Below are positions 12,686-25,493 of a DNA stretch of 64,000 nt, in pieces; positions within the stretch are counted from its first letter, which is position 1; the number at the start of each line of letters is the position of its first letter. The notes under the pieces are model-generated. The model did not search any database. It worked only from the letters and a program-made list of their open reading frames with translations, and had not been told where the DNA came from. Source of the stretch: Azolla caroliniana (Eukaryota > Plantae > Polypodiophyta); the NCBI GenBank assembly GCA_043228905.1, contig JBHGNT010000001.1, positions 5,146,001-5,210,000 on the forward strand, in the 5' to 3' direction. Made by a program: the position numbers and the translations under genes.

Positions 12686-15159
12686 GACAGATAAGACGCG
12701 TGTGAAACCACCAAATACATTCAGATTTTTATATGATCCATCCCGCTTAAAGTTATGACGTGACGACCAAACTACTTACTTGTATCGCTTGCTCTCCGCT
12801 AGGAGGAGGCTTGTTGTCACTCAAGATTTATCCGCACTTCTATGATGTCGGGGGGTTTTTAATCCCTAGTGTGTGTTCCGCCTCCAAATGTACCACGCAC
12901 TCGCTACATCCATACATATGTGATATGGTAGGTGCGTTGGAATCCCATGACGCCTTTGCTGACTTTGTTGTCACCTATGGATGTTGTGTTGCTACCATCA
13001 TCTCTCTATATATTGTCGTTGTTCGATGTGACCGCTCCAGCTTGCCTAGGTAGAGTTGAGAGGTTCGATCCTTTGCACTTTGATGTGTGATGCTTCGATC
13101 AAGTACTTTGTCTCGTGTTACATTGTAAACCCTTGGCCAAGTCGTGCCTTGTCACGACATTCTAGGGTTGCATCCTATATGCACACGAAAGTTTTCACAA
13201 ACATTATGAGGAAGGATCATCAACCAATCTCTGTTTTTTTTCAATGAAATCATTTGTCTGTGTCATGTGATGCATCGTTTGAAGTGTTGAAGTGATTTTC
13301 TTTTTACAACTTAGATGGAAGTGTGTGGGATGCATGTAGGAAGATGAAAGAGGTCCAATATTTGATATTTTGGAGGGTTTTGAATACCTATTCAAATGTT
13401 AATTAATAAATATCAAAACCTCTTTAGAAACCTTGTCAAAACTGTTTCTAAAGACGTGAAATAAAAAACCCTACCTTACTTTAGAGAGCAATGAGAACAC
13501 CGATTGGCCAATGAAAAAAGGCTAGTTCATCAACCATTGACATCTCATGTCAGTCAACTATCACAGAAATTTCTATTTTAACATTTTAAATTTTTTTTAT
13601 CAAGGGTGTTCAAGCAAACATGGGAAATATTAATATATTACGGTGGGAACTTAATTGGAAAATATTATGGGTGGAATTTTTTTACAATAAGAGTATGAGC
13701 TTTGTACGGGGAGATAATTTAATCAACAAATTTAGGACTTGTTTTTGCAAGAAGGAGAACTCTTTGTGGCATTTAGACTCATCACCCCGTTCATTCATGT
13801 TTCTGTTGTCACCGAAAATATATATTTTGGTCATTATAGGAGGTAACCACGTGCCAGACGATCCTCGTAGTGACACTGAGGGATGCGTCACATATCCATA
13901 AACTTGGCAACTGACAACAATTACATACAACTTTGTTGGTAAGTGCATGCATTATTCCTTTCTAATGATTATTGGATCAATCGAGACAGTATCACTTGTA
14001 AGAGTTTCAATACCAAACTACACGTACTATCAACCTTTGTGTTGTTTGATAGTTTAGAAATGGTTGTCAAATAGAGTTTCAATGATTAAATTTTATTCGA
14101 GCATGAGAAATAATCTTAAGAAATCAATATTTTTGGAACATACTTACGACTTCAACTTGTGTAACCAACTTAAAATTAATAAATTGTACTTGTAACCTTA
14201 CCTTTTCATGAATTGTTGAAATACAAAGGAAAACATCACTTGCAGTCCAAAAATGTTGATATCATTCAAAATGATTAGTAATGTATTTAAGTCAATCTTA
14301 TATGCTTGCTTCAATTAATGGAGTGTCATGTTTCTCGACAGGGAAGTATGTCATTGGACAAGACTTTGCCACTCCTCAATGTCAAAGATCAAACATTGTG
14401 AAAGTCTGTAGTGACCATGTGCTTATAGTTACCTACTTAAACTTGATAATTTTGTCCAAAAAAACAAGAAAAAATGCACTCAATTCAAAACTCGTGCATC
14501 ACATACATTTCATGAATTCAAGATTTTGTTTCAGAGTTCCATTTCGTTTCCAAAAATACGAAACAATTTTGAAAGTAATTAATAGCAATACACCCACACA
14601 AACATATGAAGATTTGACCATACAAACAAAAAGCACAAGGACTCTTGGTATATCGGCTCAAAAATGTTGAATTTACTCTTTGTTGTGCTTGGAGATAAGA
14701 ACATAATTAGAGGTTAGCGACCCCAAAAAGGCCCTTGACATCAAACCCACACAAAAGAAGCTGGTAAAATGCTCTCTATATCATAAAAGCAAAAAGATAC
14801 ATAACTATTGAACACCTCATCTTTTCTTCCGGCAATAAAAGCTCACAAGTTACATGTGGGAAACGAACATGAAAGCGAGCGTAGTAAAGGCCCACATTGG
14901 ATCGATCACACCCCATAACATTACATTGGAAGCAAACCATCGGAAAATATGTTGTGAAACTTTCTCCTTGTGACACATTTTCCACACACTTCTATGTCTC
15001 TCTCTCTCTCTCCCCCTCTTTCTTTCTTTACTTACTTCTATTGAGACTTCTTTCTGTTTTATCACTGTGCACCACTTCAGTGTTAACTAAAGTCATATAG
15101 TTTTCTGCATCTCTCTTTGCTCTGTCAAGAAGAAGAAGAAGAAGAAGAAGACGAAGAAG

Positions 15160-18100
15160 ATGTGGATTACTCGCTTTGTCGTTATACTCAGCTTCCTAGC
15201 CTTAGGGGCTGTGCTCTACTCGTCGTTGTCTTCTTCTTCTTCCAATTTTAACACCAGTTACGGTGTTGCTCTTCGCCTGGCTCACCTCCTCAGTTTCGCT
15301 ACTGCTTGGGGTGTCGCTCTATGGGTTACCTTCATCGGTGGCATCATCATGTTCAAGTAAGGTTTTCATTTGCAAGTAAATAAAGTCTGATTTCTTTTAA
15401 AAATAATTATTTTTTTATATTACCGTCGTTTATTTAAAATTTATTGTTTTTTTCTTTCTCATCCATTTGTTGTAATTGCAATGATTAAAATGAGTGATGC
15501 AATATCTTTCTTTTAATTGTATTTATTTAGTTATTTTTTTCATCCCATCGTTGAAGTGGCAGTTCTCATCGATCTATGGACATAAAAAAAGGATTCTGGC
15601 AGGAACGAATTTCTGCTGTGTGAATCCCCAAGTATAGAAAAATATTGGATGGGAAAGCAAAGGAACATAAAATCCTAGAATTATAGAAATTTCGGGCAGA
15701 ATTCATGTCTCTCAAAAGCCTAAAAATATAGAAATATTGGGCCAGATCCATACCTTCATTTATTGATCAGAAAGCTTGGAAATGCTGTATAAAAATTTAC
15801 ATGACACTTCCAAAGTACAGAAATATTGGGCGAAAATTATATCTTGTGAAACCCTAAAGATGTACAAATTTATTTCATCTTTCCATAACCCTTTGAACTC
15901 CCACTTCTTTTGGAGAGGCTTGGATGGAAATGACACTAGGCCTAGTACAAAGTCATTTCCTTTATCGAATATGTTACATCATAACACGTTTTGTACAATA
16001 CTAGAACTCTTTTAGCTTAAGTTCTATTTAAATTTTTGATGATTGGGTAAATACCCTATTTTGTTGTACACCAATTGTCTCATGGGCCAATTTTGTCCTT
16101 AGAAGACGTTAATATATCTTTCTTTCTTTCTCAACCTCATCCAAAAAATTTGCCAAAAGTTTTAAAAATCGCTTAACTTTTTTTCATTTTGGCTTACATT
16201 TGCTCCTTGACATCACTAATTCCAGAAGGTGTGACCTATGTGTCACATCTCACTAGCACAATCGTACGTGTTTTGAAGTTTACTTTCTACCACACCATTG
16301 ACGAGTTCTGGTTAAGGTGCGTTAGACTCACATTCAGCCCAGACTTTATAGTTCTTTAGTGTTATGAAGAACTAGGATCCAGAATTTGTGGCTACTTCCG
16401 TTATTGTGTATAATGAGCATAGTTATAGTTAGGCAACATGGCTTTATGAGCACAGTACCGCTGGAGGGAATCAATTTATTAATTGCAAAACTTGGTACAC
16501 CCACCGAATACCAAAATTTAGCAACATGGTTTTATGAGCAAGCTTGATTTATGCTAAAAATACAACATGGGTTCTCCAATGAGTTTGCAAGCAATCTTGG
16601 AGCAGAATAAGGGTATCCCCTCTTGCCTAGACCCATGCATAGAACAAGTACAAGATTTCGTCAAGCAAGTAGCACAAAGCGAGGAACTTTTCGGGACCAG
16701 CATTAGGTAAATATTTGATTATGCTACTTCTGTATGCAGATGATGTGGTGCTCTTGTAACAGGGTTTCAACACTCATTAGTGCTTGCTTGGTTCACAGAG
16801 ACTTAAACCACATGTCTGAATCCAATTTACAATCTCGATAATCGTCAGAGACTTAAACCACCTTTGACTATTCAAATCAAACGTATCTAAACAAAAATTC
16901 AAATAGAGATTCTCCACCCCAAATTTGTCCATCGAACCATGAAACCATTCTAGCTCCATGCCTTAATCATAGTTTTTCTAATATATATATGATTGAGCAG
17001 ATTTTATGCTGCTTGATTGTAAAAAAGATATTTTTTCTATGCAGTTTCTTTTTCCCTTTAACTTCCGCAGACGATCAAGGTTCTTTAGCTGAATAAATAA
17101 GATGTTTAGAGTCAGGTCATCACGCACGTGTTTTCAGAAATTTCCGCTTAAAAAAGAACAAATTAAAGATCTCATTAATTTCTCACCTTTGGTTCTGGAA
17201 CTTTGAGTTTCTTTTGGCCGATATTTGCAAGGCTCAGCTACTCCCGAATTAGTTGTTAGTTGTTGACAGCATGAAGAACTAGGTTTTTGGCATTCATCAT
17301 TAACTCTATCAACCTGTTCACGGGGTATATCAAACATATTTACCAAAATCTTTCATAAACTTTTTGTTGACATTCAGCTTGCTAGTCCTCATTTCATGAT
17401 GAAGAATTAAACAAGATGGAGAAAATATGGCTAGATCACATAGTATATGTCATCGAAGTGAAAAAAAGGGTTTGAATTTGGGGTTACTTGTAGGGTTGTA
17501 AGGTATCGAGTTTTAGGGTTCATAAATTTATGCAAGTTTTCATGTGTGTTTATGCTCATAGATTCATATATTTTTTGTAGCATATGTTTTACGGGTTTGT
17601 GTAGGCTAGCACATATTGAGATTTTCAGAGGTCTGAACTGTAATTTGTTTATACTTTTGATTCGCATGAATGAAATAGTTCATCAATTTCTCTGGTAAAT
17701 ATTGTACAATATTCATTGGTCTCATATTACTTAAACATTCTTTTGTGGGTATCATGCTCTATATTGAGGTTTCTGACGAGTAATATATATATATATATAT
17801 ATATATATTCCTACTAAAATCAAACAAGAAAATATAGTTTTCTTACTTTGGATTTAAAGATTATTGAATCTTACTTCATTTTAAATATGTTTATGTTCTT
17901 TTATTTCTCAAACAAGAGTGTAATCTTGTGCTCTCGATCACGTTGAGTCAAATGATGATAGTTTGTAAGTAACCTAATAGGTTTAAGCACATATTGCACT
18001 GTTTTGTGGATATATAATTATTGTTTTTTCTTAATTCATTGTGGATAGGAATCTTCCTCGACATCAATTCGGTAACTTGCAATCAAAAATGTTCCCAGCA

Positions 18101-18782
18101 TATTTCAGCCTCCTCGCAGTGTGTGCGATTATTTGCCTCTCTGTTTTTAGTATTTTGCATCCGTGGAAATCGTCATCATTGACAGAGAAGACTCAGATCG
18201 TGTCCTTGGCTCTTTCGTTGATTGCGACTCTTGCCAACATCCTCGTGTTTGAACCAATTACCACCAAGGTAATAGCTCATTCATTCATTCAAAGTTGTTG
18301 TAAGAGTTCATATTGTATTCCAAATATGTTTCTATTTAAGGGTACATATTTATGGATCCAATTCATTTTGTCTTTATACATCATAATCAAATGATCTGAA
18401 GAGGGATCTCTGAGATACATATTTATGGGTCCATTCATTAGATCTGTGTAATATATTTGAAAATCATGTTTATTCCAGGGTACATATTCTGTGAACTCAA
18501 TTTGTTCATAAATAAGGTTATCCTAGTGCACCTTTTTTATGTTTTCCTTCCATTTTTGTTTTCTAGGTAATGCGAGAAAGGCACAGGATTGAGAGGGAGG
18601 AGTCTATTGGAGACGAAGTTGGGCTGACGAAAAATAAGGAAGTTGCGAACAGAAACCCAAAGCTTGCAAAAATAAACAAAAAGTTTGGCATGATCCATGG
18701 GCTTTCATCACTTGCGAACCTCTTCTCATTTGGTGGCTTTGCTATTCACTCTTGGTATTTGGCAAACAAGCTTGTAATATAG
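15160..18782 (+). CDS. TMEM205-like / DUF4149 membrane protein, 3 exons
   Basis: Exons 15160-15356, 18049-18268 and 18567-18782 give HLLSFATAWGVALWVTFIGGIIMFKNLPRHQFGNLQSKMFPAYF...NKKFGMIHGLSSLANL, typical of plant TMEM205. Confidence 0.9.
16430..16760 (+). mobile_element. Decayed non-LTR (LINE, RTE-like) reverse transcriptase fragment in TMEM205 intron 1
   Basis: GFSNEFASNLGAE*GYPLLP (a decayed GVRQGCPLSP motif, about 16569-16628) followed by MLLLYADDVVLL (YADD at 16733-16744). Confidence 0.7.
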
Positions 18783-20135
18783 ATAGTCATGCACAAGATA
18801 TGTTTGCACATTGAATTTATGTGCGCCTAATGTGACACATTGACATATTAATCGCCTCACGAGAAAATTATAACATTTAGGTTTTGAGACTGCTTGGTTT
18901 AGACATTAATGTGTTAGTGTAATTGGTTTTGACTATGCTTTTATTTAGAGATAACCATTATTATAGTGGTGTATTTTGAATTTGATCCCCACCCATTTAC
19001 ACAACCTCCCATATACTTGAATCACAATGCACAGATGTTTCAGTAATATTTGGAACTTGATATGCATAGGATATATGAAGTGAAATAATTCATCTATCTG
19101 AGAATATAACATGAACATTTTTGTCATTATTTTCTCTTGCTTCATTCAACATTGACAGATAATATTATTGCCTTAGTCCTTGTGTAGTCGGAACCCTAGT
19201 AATGCTTATAAATGAAATTGCATTGTTGGATACTTTAGAGCTAATTAACTGCAAGCTCAATCATGAAGAAGACATGCTTTTGGATATTGTTTTTACTTGT
19301 AGCGCAACATATTTAATGCTGTGTTCTTATGAGATTGCTTAAGATTGCAATGGTGTGTAAATAGGAACCCAAAATTATGTGGTCATTAATTGTTTTTGGA
19401 TACGTTATAACATTGTCTCTCATATAGGTTTTATTTGTGGGTTATGAATATTGCTCGTATGAACTTGATAAAGATAAATTTATGTGTCCTCGTGGATGAA
19501 GGATCTTATTTGTACAAACATGACAACTTTGGATTCAACTCTATATGATCTCCACTTTAGATTTGTGAAAGTTCGTCTACTTATGCATTGTCCCCCAAAT
19601 CCTATGCCATACTTAGGCACTTATAGATATCAATGAAGCAATAACTCAATAAGGAGATGACTGTAATAGCATGGAGGAAACGAGAAGCTACAAACATTGA
19701 TTATCGACGTATATTGTAAAATGTACACAAGAGATCAAAACCAGCCTACTTAGCTTCGTACTTCTTGCTCAATTTATAGTTGATACAAACGTACCCATTT
19801 TGGTTAGCTTAGCTACATGCATGCTAAAAAGGGTATACCAATAGGTACATCCATGCTAAAATGGGTGGCACAAAGGAACACATGCACACCACAATACATT
19901 GTCTACACTCCAATAAAAAGCTACAAAAAAACCTAGTTAGTGATGGCGCTTATAGCATGGGAGAAATGGGAGACTTACATTGATGGATGGACTAGAGATG
20001 ATTCATGGGGTCACATGTATCATGGTATGTATGTATGTATGTATGTATGATTAGATGGATGGACATGGGGAAGTGGTGCGTGTGAATGGACTTTTATCAA
20101 AACAAATGACGATATTTTAAGGACACCTCAAGAAA

Positions 20136-20144
20136 TTAGGGTTT
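20136..20144. promoter_or_regulatory. Telo-box (TTAGGGTTT) about 100 nt upstream of the RPL35a start codon
   Basis: Exact reverse complement of AAACCCTAA; a classic element of plant ribosomal-protein promoters. Confidence 0.65.
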
Positions 20145-20237
20145 TCATATGTTTGTGCATTTCTTTCATCATCATCTTCTCCTTCTTCTTCTTCGCTGCA
20201 ATTTCTACAGACCTTAGCCTGTGCCATCTTCATCGTC

Positions 20238-22432
20238 ATGCCGGAGAACAAGGGAGAGCGCGTCAGGTCTTTCTTCCTCTCACTGTTTTCTTTCACCTCT
20301 CTTTTGCTTCTCTTTCCATCTATCTCTGTGTCTTCCTCGCTTCATCCATCTCTGTCTCTGTCTCTGTCTCTCTCTCCATGTATTTCTTCCTTTATTTCGA
20401 GCTCATTGTTTTTATTTTCCTTTCCTGTCTTCGTCATCTTTCTTTCTTTTCCCTTCACTATAAATCTGTCCTTGTCTCTGCCCTATCCTCGGGATTGTTT
20501 CTCTTTTTGATCTGGTGTCATCTTCTTGTTTCTCTACGATTACTTTGCCCGGGCTCAATTCTTACTTGACAAAGTGCTGTAGTTTCAATAAGTTTTTTCT
20601 CTCTAACTTCTGGGGATGATCCATTGAGACTTTCCATCTCAATACTTTTACGTATATATATTTATTTCTTGTTCCACGGTTTGCACACATGTGTCCTCTT
20701 TCTTCCTTTTACATTTGGTATCTATTGAACATTCCTCATTATCTACTTATGAAGAGGGATTTGTTGCCTTTTACATATCAAGGTTTCAATTTGATTCCTT
20801 ATTACGACTGATCTTTTCATCAGTATGAAAACCGAGAGTGTAAAAACCGGTTGTTGTTGCTCATAGATAATTATCCATACAATATCCATGACGACATTTT
20901 ATTTACATTTTCGTTTTGATGATGTTTTGTTTGTATTCATCAAATATTTCTTAATCTTTATCTAAATGCTGAAATGTCGCTCTTTTACTACACCGCATTT
21001 TTAAATGTGGTTTATTCTTGGTAAATCTCCTTATCCATCAGTTAATCCTTATATTTTACATGGAAAGCTTTGAGTACAATCTCTCTTCGTGACTGTGTTA
21101 CTCAATATGTTTTACTCATAAGTAGCTTTTTGATGGAAAAGAGACAATTTTATTTGATTGAGAATTGCTTCTTTTCTTGATGTCATTCTTCTAATATCTT
21201 CATTGAACGACAGGCTCTATGTACGAGGAAACATTCTTGGATACAAAAGGTTAACATGGAAATATAAATAATGATGCATATCTATAAATACTATTGATAT
21301 GGCTTTTGGAGAAAATCTGAATAAACCTGAACTTTCGTCCATTTCCTTGGCTTTCCGTATGCTTTTTGACATTTCCCAAAACGCTTCTGGTTAACCGCAG
21401 AAAAAGAGAGAAGGGTATGAATCGTAGACATAATTGCTCAGCTAATCCACCTGATAAATCTCCTGAGATGGGTTTGACCGATGGCGTTTTGATGTAATGT
21501 CAAAAAAGTAGGGTTTGCTAGTGAAGTCAACGAACATGTCAGGGGTATTTTGGAGTTTCCCCCTTAGGTGTCCTGTACTGCGGATGTACTGAAGATTTTA
21601 AGTCTCGTGTGCAGAGGCAAGTCTAACCAGTATCCTAGTACGTCTCTCATTCAAATTGAGGGTGTTAACACTACAGAAGAGGTGAACTGGTACTTAGGGA
21701 AAAGGATTGCTTATGTTTATAAAGCAAAGACAAAGAAGAATGGTACTTTGTATCGAGCCACTTGGGGCAGAGTTGTGAAACCACATGGAAACAGTGGGGT
21801 AGTTCGCGCCCGCTTCAAAACCAACTTGCCTCCTAGCTCTTTGGCAAGTGTTTCGATTTCCCTTTATGATGCTTTTGCTGGAATTCTGTTATACGTTTGT
21901 TTCATGGATTGCATTGTGTATTGTTGTACATGGTCCTTTGTACATTGGCTGATGGATTGCATTGTACAGTGGTTGCTAATATGTAGGGCTCATTGTATCT
22001 AGATTATTTGTCTAGGTTGCATTGTACAATGTTGTAAGATTTTGGTTTCTGTTTTACACCGATGATTTCGATTTTCATTGTTTTATGACTCCCAGTGCAT
22101 GAACCCCATTGTATGCTGCTATATGGACCGCATTTTATGTGATGCTAGTAATTCTGCTATATGTACAAATTTTGGATTGTACCTTGCTGATAGATTCTGT
22201 TCTATGTGCTTTGTAGTGTCAGTTTTTCTAGCATTCTAAATTACTTTTCCCTAGGATTTTGACAGTACGCTTCATGTAGTTCTATCTATGAATTGTAATG
22301 TATTTGTTGAGTTATGAGGCTCTTATCACTTTGATGATGTAACTTGTAAGTGCTTTTGTCTTTGTCTCATTCCTATTGTTTGTTGGACAGGGGGGGAGAG
22401 TAAGAGTCTTTATGTACCCTAGTAGAATCTGA
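20238..22432 (+). CDS. RPL35A: 60S ribosomal protein L35a (eL33), 4 exons
   Basis: Exons 20238-20266, 21214-21249, 21615-21843 and 22391-22432 give [39 protein letters not shown]...[40 protein letters not shown]. The third intron is GC-AG (donor GCAAGT). Confidence 0.95.
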
Positions 22433-25400
22433 GGATGTTGAATCACGGTCATCAGTTCTTTGATACATGGCCTGATTTCCCACAGCTTTTATTCTTGTAG
22501 ACATCTTATTTTGAGCGACTCTGAGGGTTCAGAAATCAAATTATTCTTCAACAAGTTGCAGTGGGACTTTGAGAAGACTTTTTTGGGTGCCAGTTTTGGT
22601 GCACTCTCTTGGTTCATTGTTCGTAGTGTTTGAGGACTATTTTTAATATCCAAAAGTTCAATTCTATTTATCTTCTTCTCCATTCATTGACAAGAATTTT
22701 CTTCAACAACTTGAGACTGTTGGATTCATCTGTCATATGTACTTACTATTTTAAATCTACAAATGCTTATTAACTCAGGCAAGTGAGTTGAATTTGAACA
22801 GCTTTGGAGAGATTAATTTTCCTCACATGTGTTTACTAAATTTAAAGGTACGAATGCTGTCAAACTTGAAGAGTTTTAAATTTTTTATAAGAATACATGT
22901 GACATGCATTTGAGGGATGGCAATATACCTTTACATTCTTAGAGAGATCTATGGTGAACCACACAGGTTAGACCTGAGAAAGTGGATGTCATTTGGGAAG
23001 TACGTGAGGGATTCTATGTTTTAGGTGAGGCATGGATATGGATTTGTATACTTGGTCGAACTATGATGTATTCTGTTTTGCTTACATTCATTGATAAGTG
23101 GTGTCTCTGCTAAAACAATTGGAAGTAAGTGTTGAAGGGTGTGAGCACTAGCACCTCATTTGTTCCTCATGTTAGATGTGAAAGTTGCTTACTATGTGCC
23201 ACCTGCTACTCCATGATTGTTGACATCAACGTGGAAGTGTTGAAGACTGTTGGCATATTCTTTCAAGAGCAGACATCATTATATTCATTATGTGGAGACA
23301 TGCATCAAGTGGGTTTGCTTAAATGAGTCTAAAAGTTATTTTTTTGATGAAAAATTCGAAGAGGTCTGTGTAGGCTGAATAAGGTGGGTGAGAGGGCTTT
23401 CTCTGAGAACTTTCTAAAACTTTAGGGATAACGCATTATATTATTTTACTTTCCATCATGCTTCTGTTATTGCAGTTAAGAGAGAAAAAACGTGATGCTC
23501 GATCCTTGTTATCATTCATGTGTTGATAGTCTAATAACAGACCACCAAGGTAGAATGAGAAAAAAAGATCAAAGAGGTTATGAATGTAGAGGGCATTGGC
23601 AATAGAGAGATGTTCACATGAGGTTGAGAAAAGGGAGAATGATACATATAGTAGCAAAATTATGAGGGGGAAATAAGTTGAGAAACAAGGAAACCTATGG
23701 AAATTAACCATTTGATATGGGATTTTATATATTTTAATTTGTCTTGCACTGTCGATAAACTACTTCCCTTTGTCGATTGGGTTTCCGTCTACTTCTATCA
23801 GAATGAATCTATCTGAGTCGAACCGCTCAAACAAAAAAAGAAAGTGTTCCATTGTATTTTAATTTACCATTTGAGAAACAAGGAGATGTGAAAAATAACA
23901 AAAATTTTGCATTATTTGACTTATAGAAATGTTTAATGTTTGTGATCCTCAACTCCAATAGTATAATTCTAATCATGAAGTCTACCAAATTTAGGTTCCA
24001 TTCACACTATGGAGAGGAAGAACAATATGTTCTTCCCTTTTGAGTATTGGTCCTACAGTAGATGATAGACTTGGAAGAAACACATTTCAAGTGGAGAAAG
24101 TGGTACCTTTATTATTTTATTAGTGTATTTATGTCGAGTCGAGCATAGAAGTAAAGGTAGATGATAAGAGTGCATACAATGGTAGCCTACTATACTATTT
24201 GTGGCTCACCGTTTTCTACAACCCATAATTCGTTCTCATTACATTAATTTGTTTACATCGTATTTGGTTGACTTTACTTACTATTAAAGACAAAATGTGT
24301 CATTCAACCAATTATGATTTGTGCATCGTTCAAGTGATAACGATTATTTGCCTGATTAATGCCACCAATAAATGTAAGATGAAATTTATAGAATAACTTT
24401 AGATTTTCCTTATGGATTTGAATTTGGACTAACTTGAATAAGACAACCATCATATCATTAACCCAACTCCCAATCTATAGATTTTACATGCATTTATGAT
24501 TACCTCTTGTTACTTGTTTGCCCTACATAAGATTGTTGCTTCGTGGATTCTCCTTGACATCGAGGACACAATATTGTAAGATGAATCTTGACTTGAAGGC
24601 ATAAAACTTATGAGAGGTAGATACCCTTGTTTTAGAAGCCAATTGCAAGCCAACCTCCATGCCCATCCTAATGTCAACTTAGGGAGAAAACTCTAAAGGA
24701 TAACCTCATTGAGATGTTAAATGGCCAAAAATCTCATTGATGACCTATGTGACGATCTCATCGGTTACATGTGAAACACTAATTGACCAAACACAAGTAT
24801 CTAATGTCAAGAAAGTGCCCATCCCCCACGATCCTTATGCTATTGGCATTTTCCTATGCTATCATTGACACATGCATAATTACTTGAAGGCACTTTGAAG
24901 TCATACCTTGAGTCTCAAAAATGGTGATGATAATTGCTACTCCTCGGAGAACATTCAAGCTCAAAGCAAGATTCTTATACAAAAGCGACAAAGAGATGAA
25001 CAAGTGCGACCGACCAAAATCGAATACGTTGTGATACACGCAAATGGAGACTCGATTGAATCTTTGACCGGCCAAGAACGTAGAGTGAATCCGACCCGGC
25101 ATCATGTGTAAGGATGTATAGACCGAGGAGCCGGAATCGAATCTTTAGAGGTGTGAATCTCAAGCCTGGGCTGGAGGAAAAAGCTTCCTACCAAGGTATT
25201 TCAGTTTATTGTAAAGCCATTCAATAGAAAGAAATTCAGCACATGCTCAAAAACATGTAGACCAGAATTTCTTTCTATTGGAATTCCTCTTCCTATTCTT
25301 CACAGAGTCCAATCGGAGATTCAGGCCCTCCTCTGTCTCTGATCAACCTGAAGCCGGCCCAACAACCTCGTTTATCAGTGGTTTTGATCAATTTAACAAG

Positions 25401-25493
25401 GTAAGCCTCTGTTTATCTCGCCAATAGACTCGCAGTTTCATGGGAATTCTCTCCGTTTTTTGGTCATTTTGAAGCCAAAGAAGGAGATTTGAA

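Noticed and set aside
21270-21330. Box C/D snoRNA (ATGATGC...CTGA) in RPL35a intron 2
   Set aside because: Imperfect C box, very short, and no rRNA-complementary guide that I can recognise; needs snoscan.
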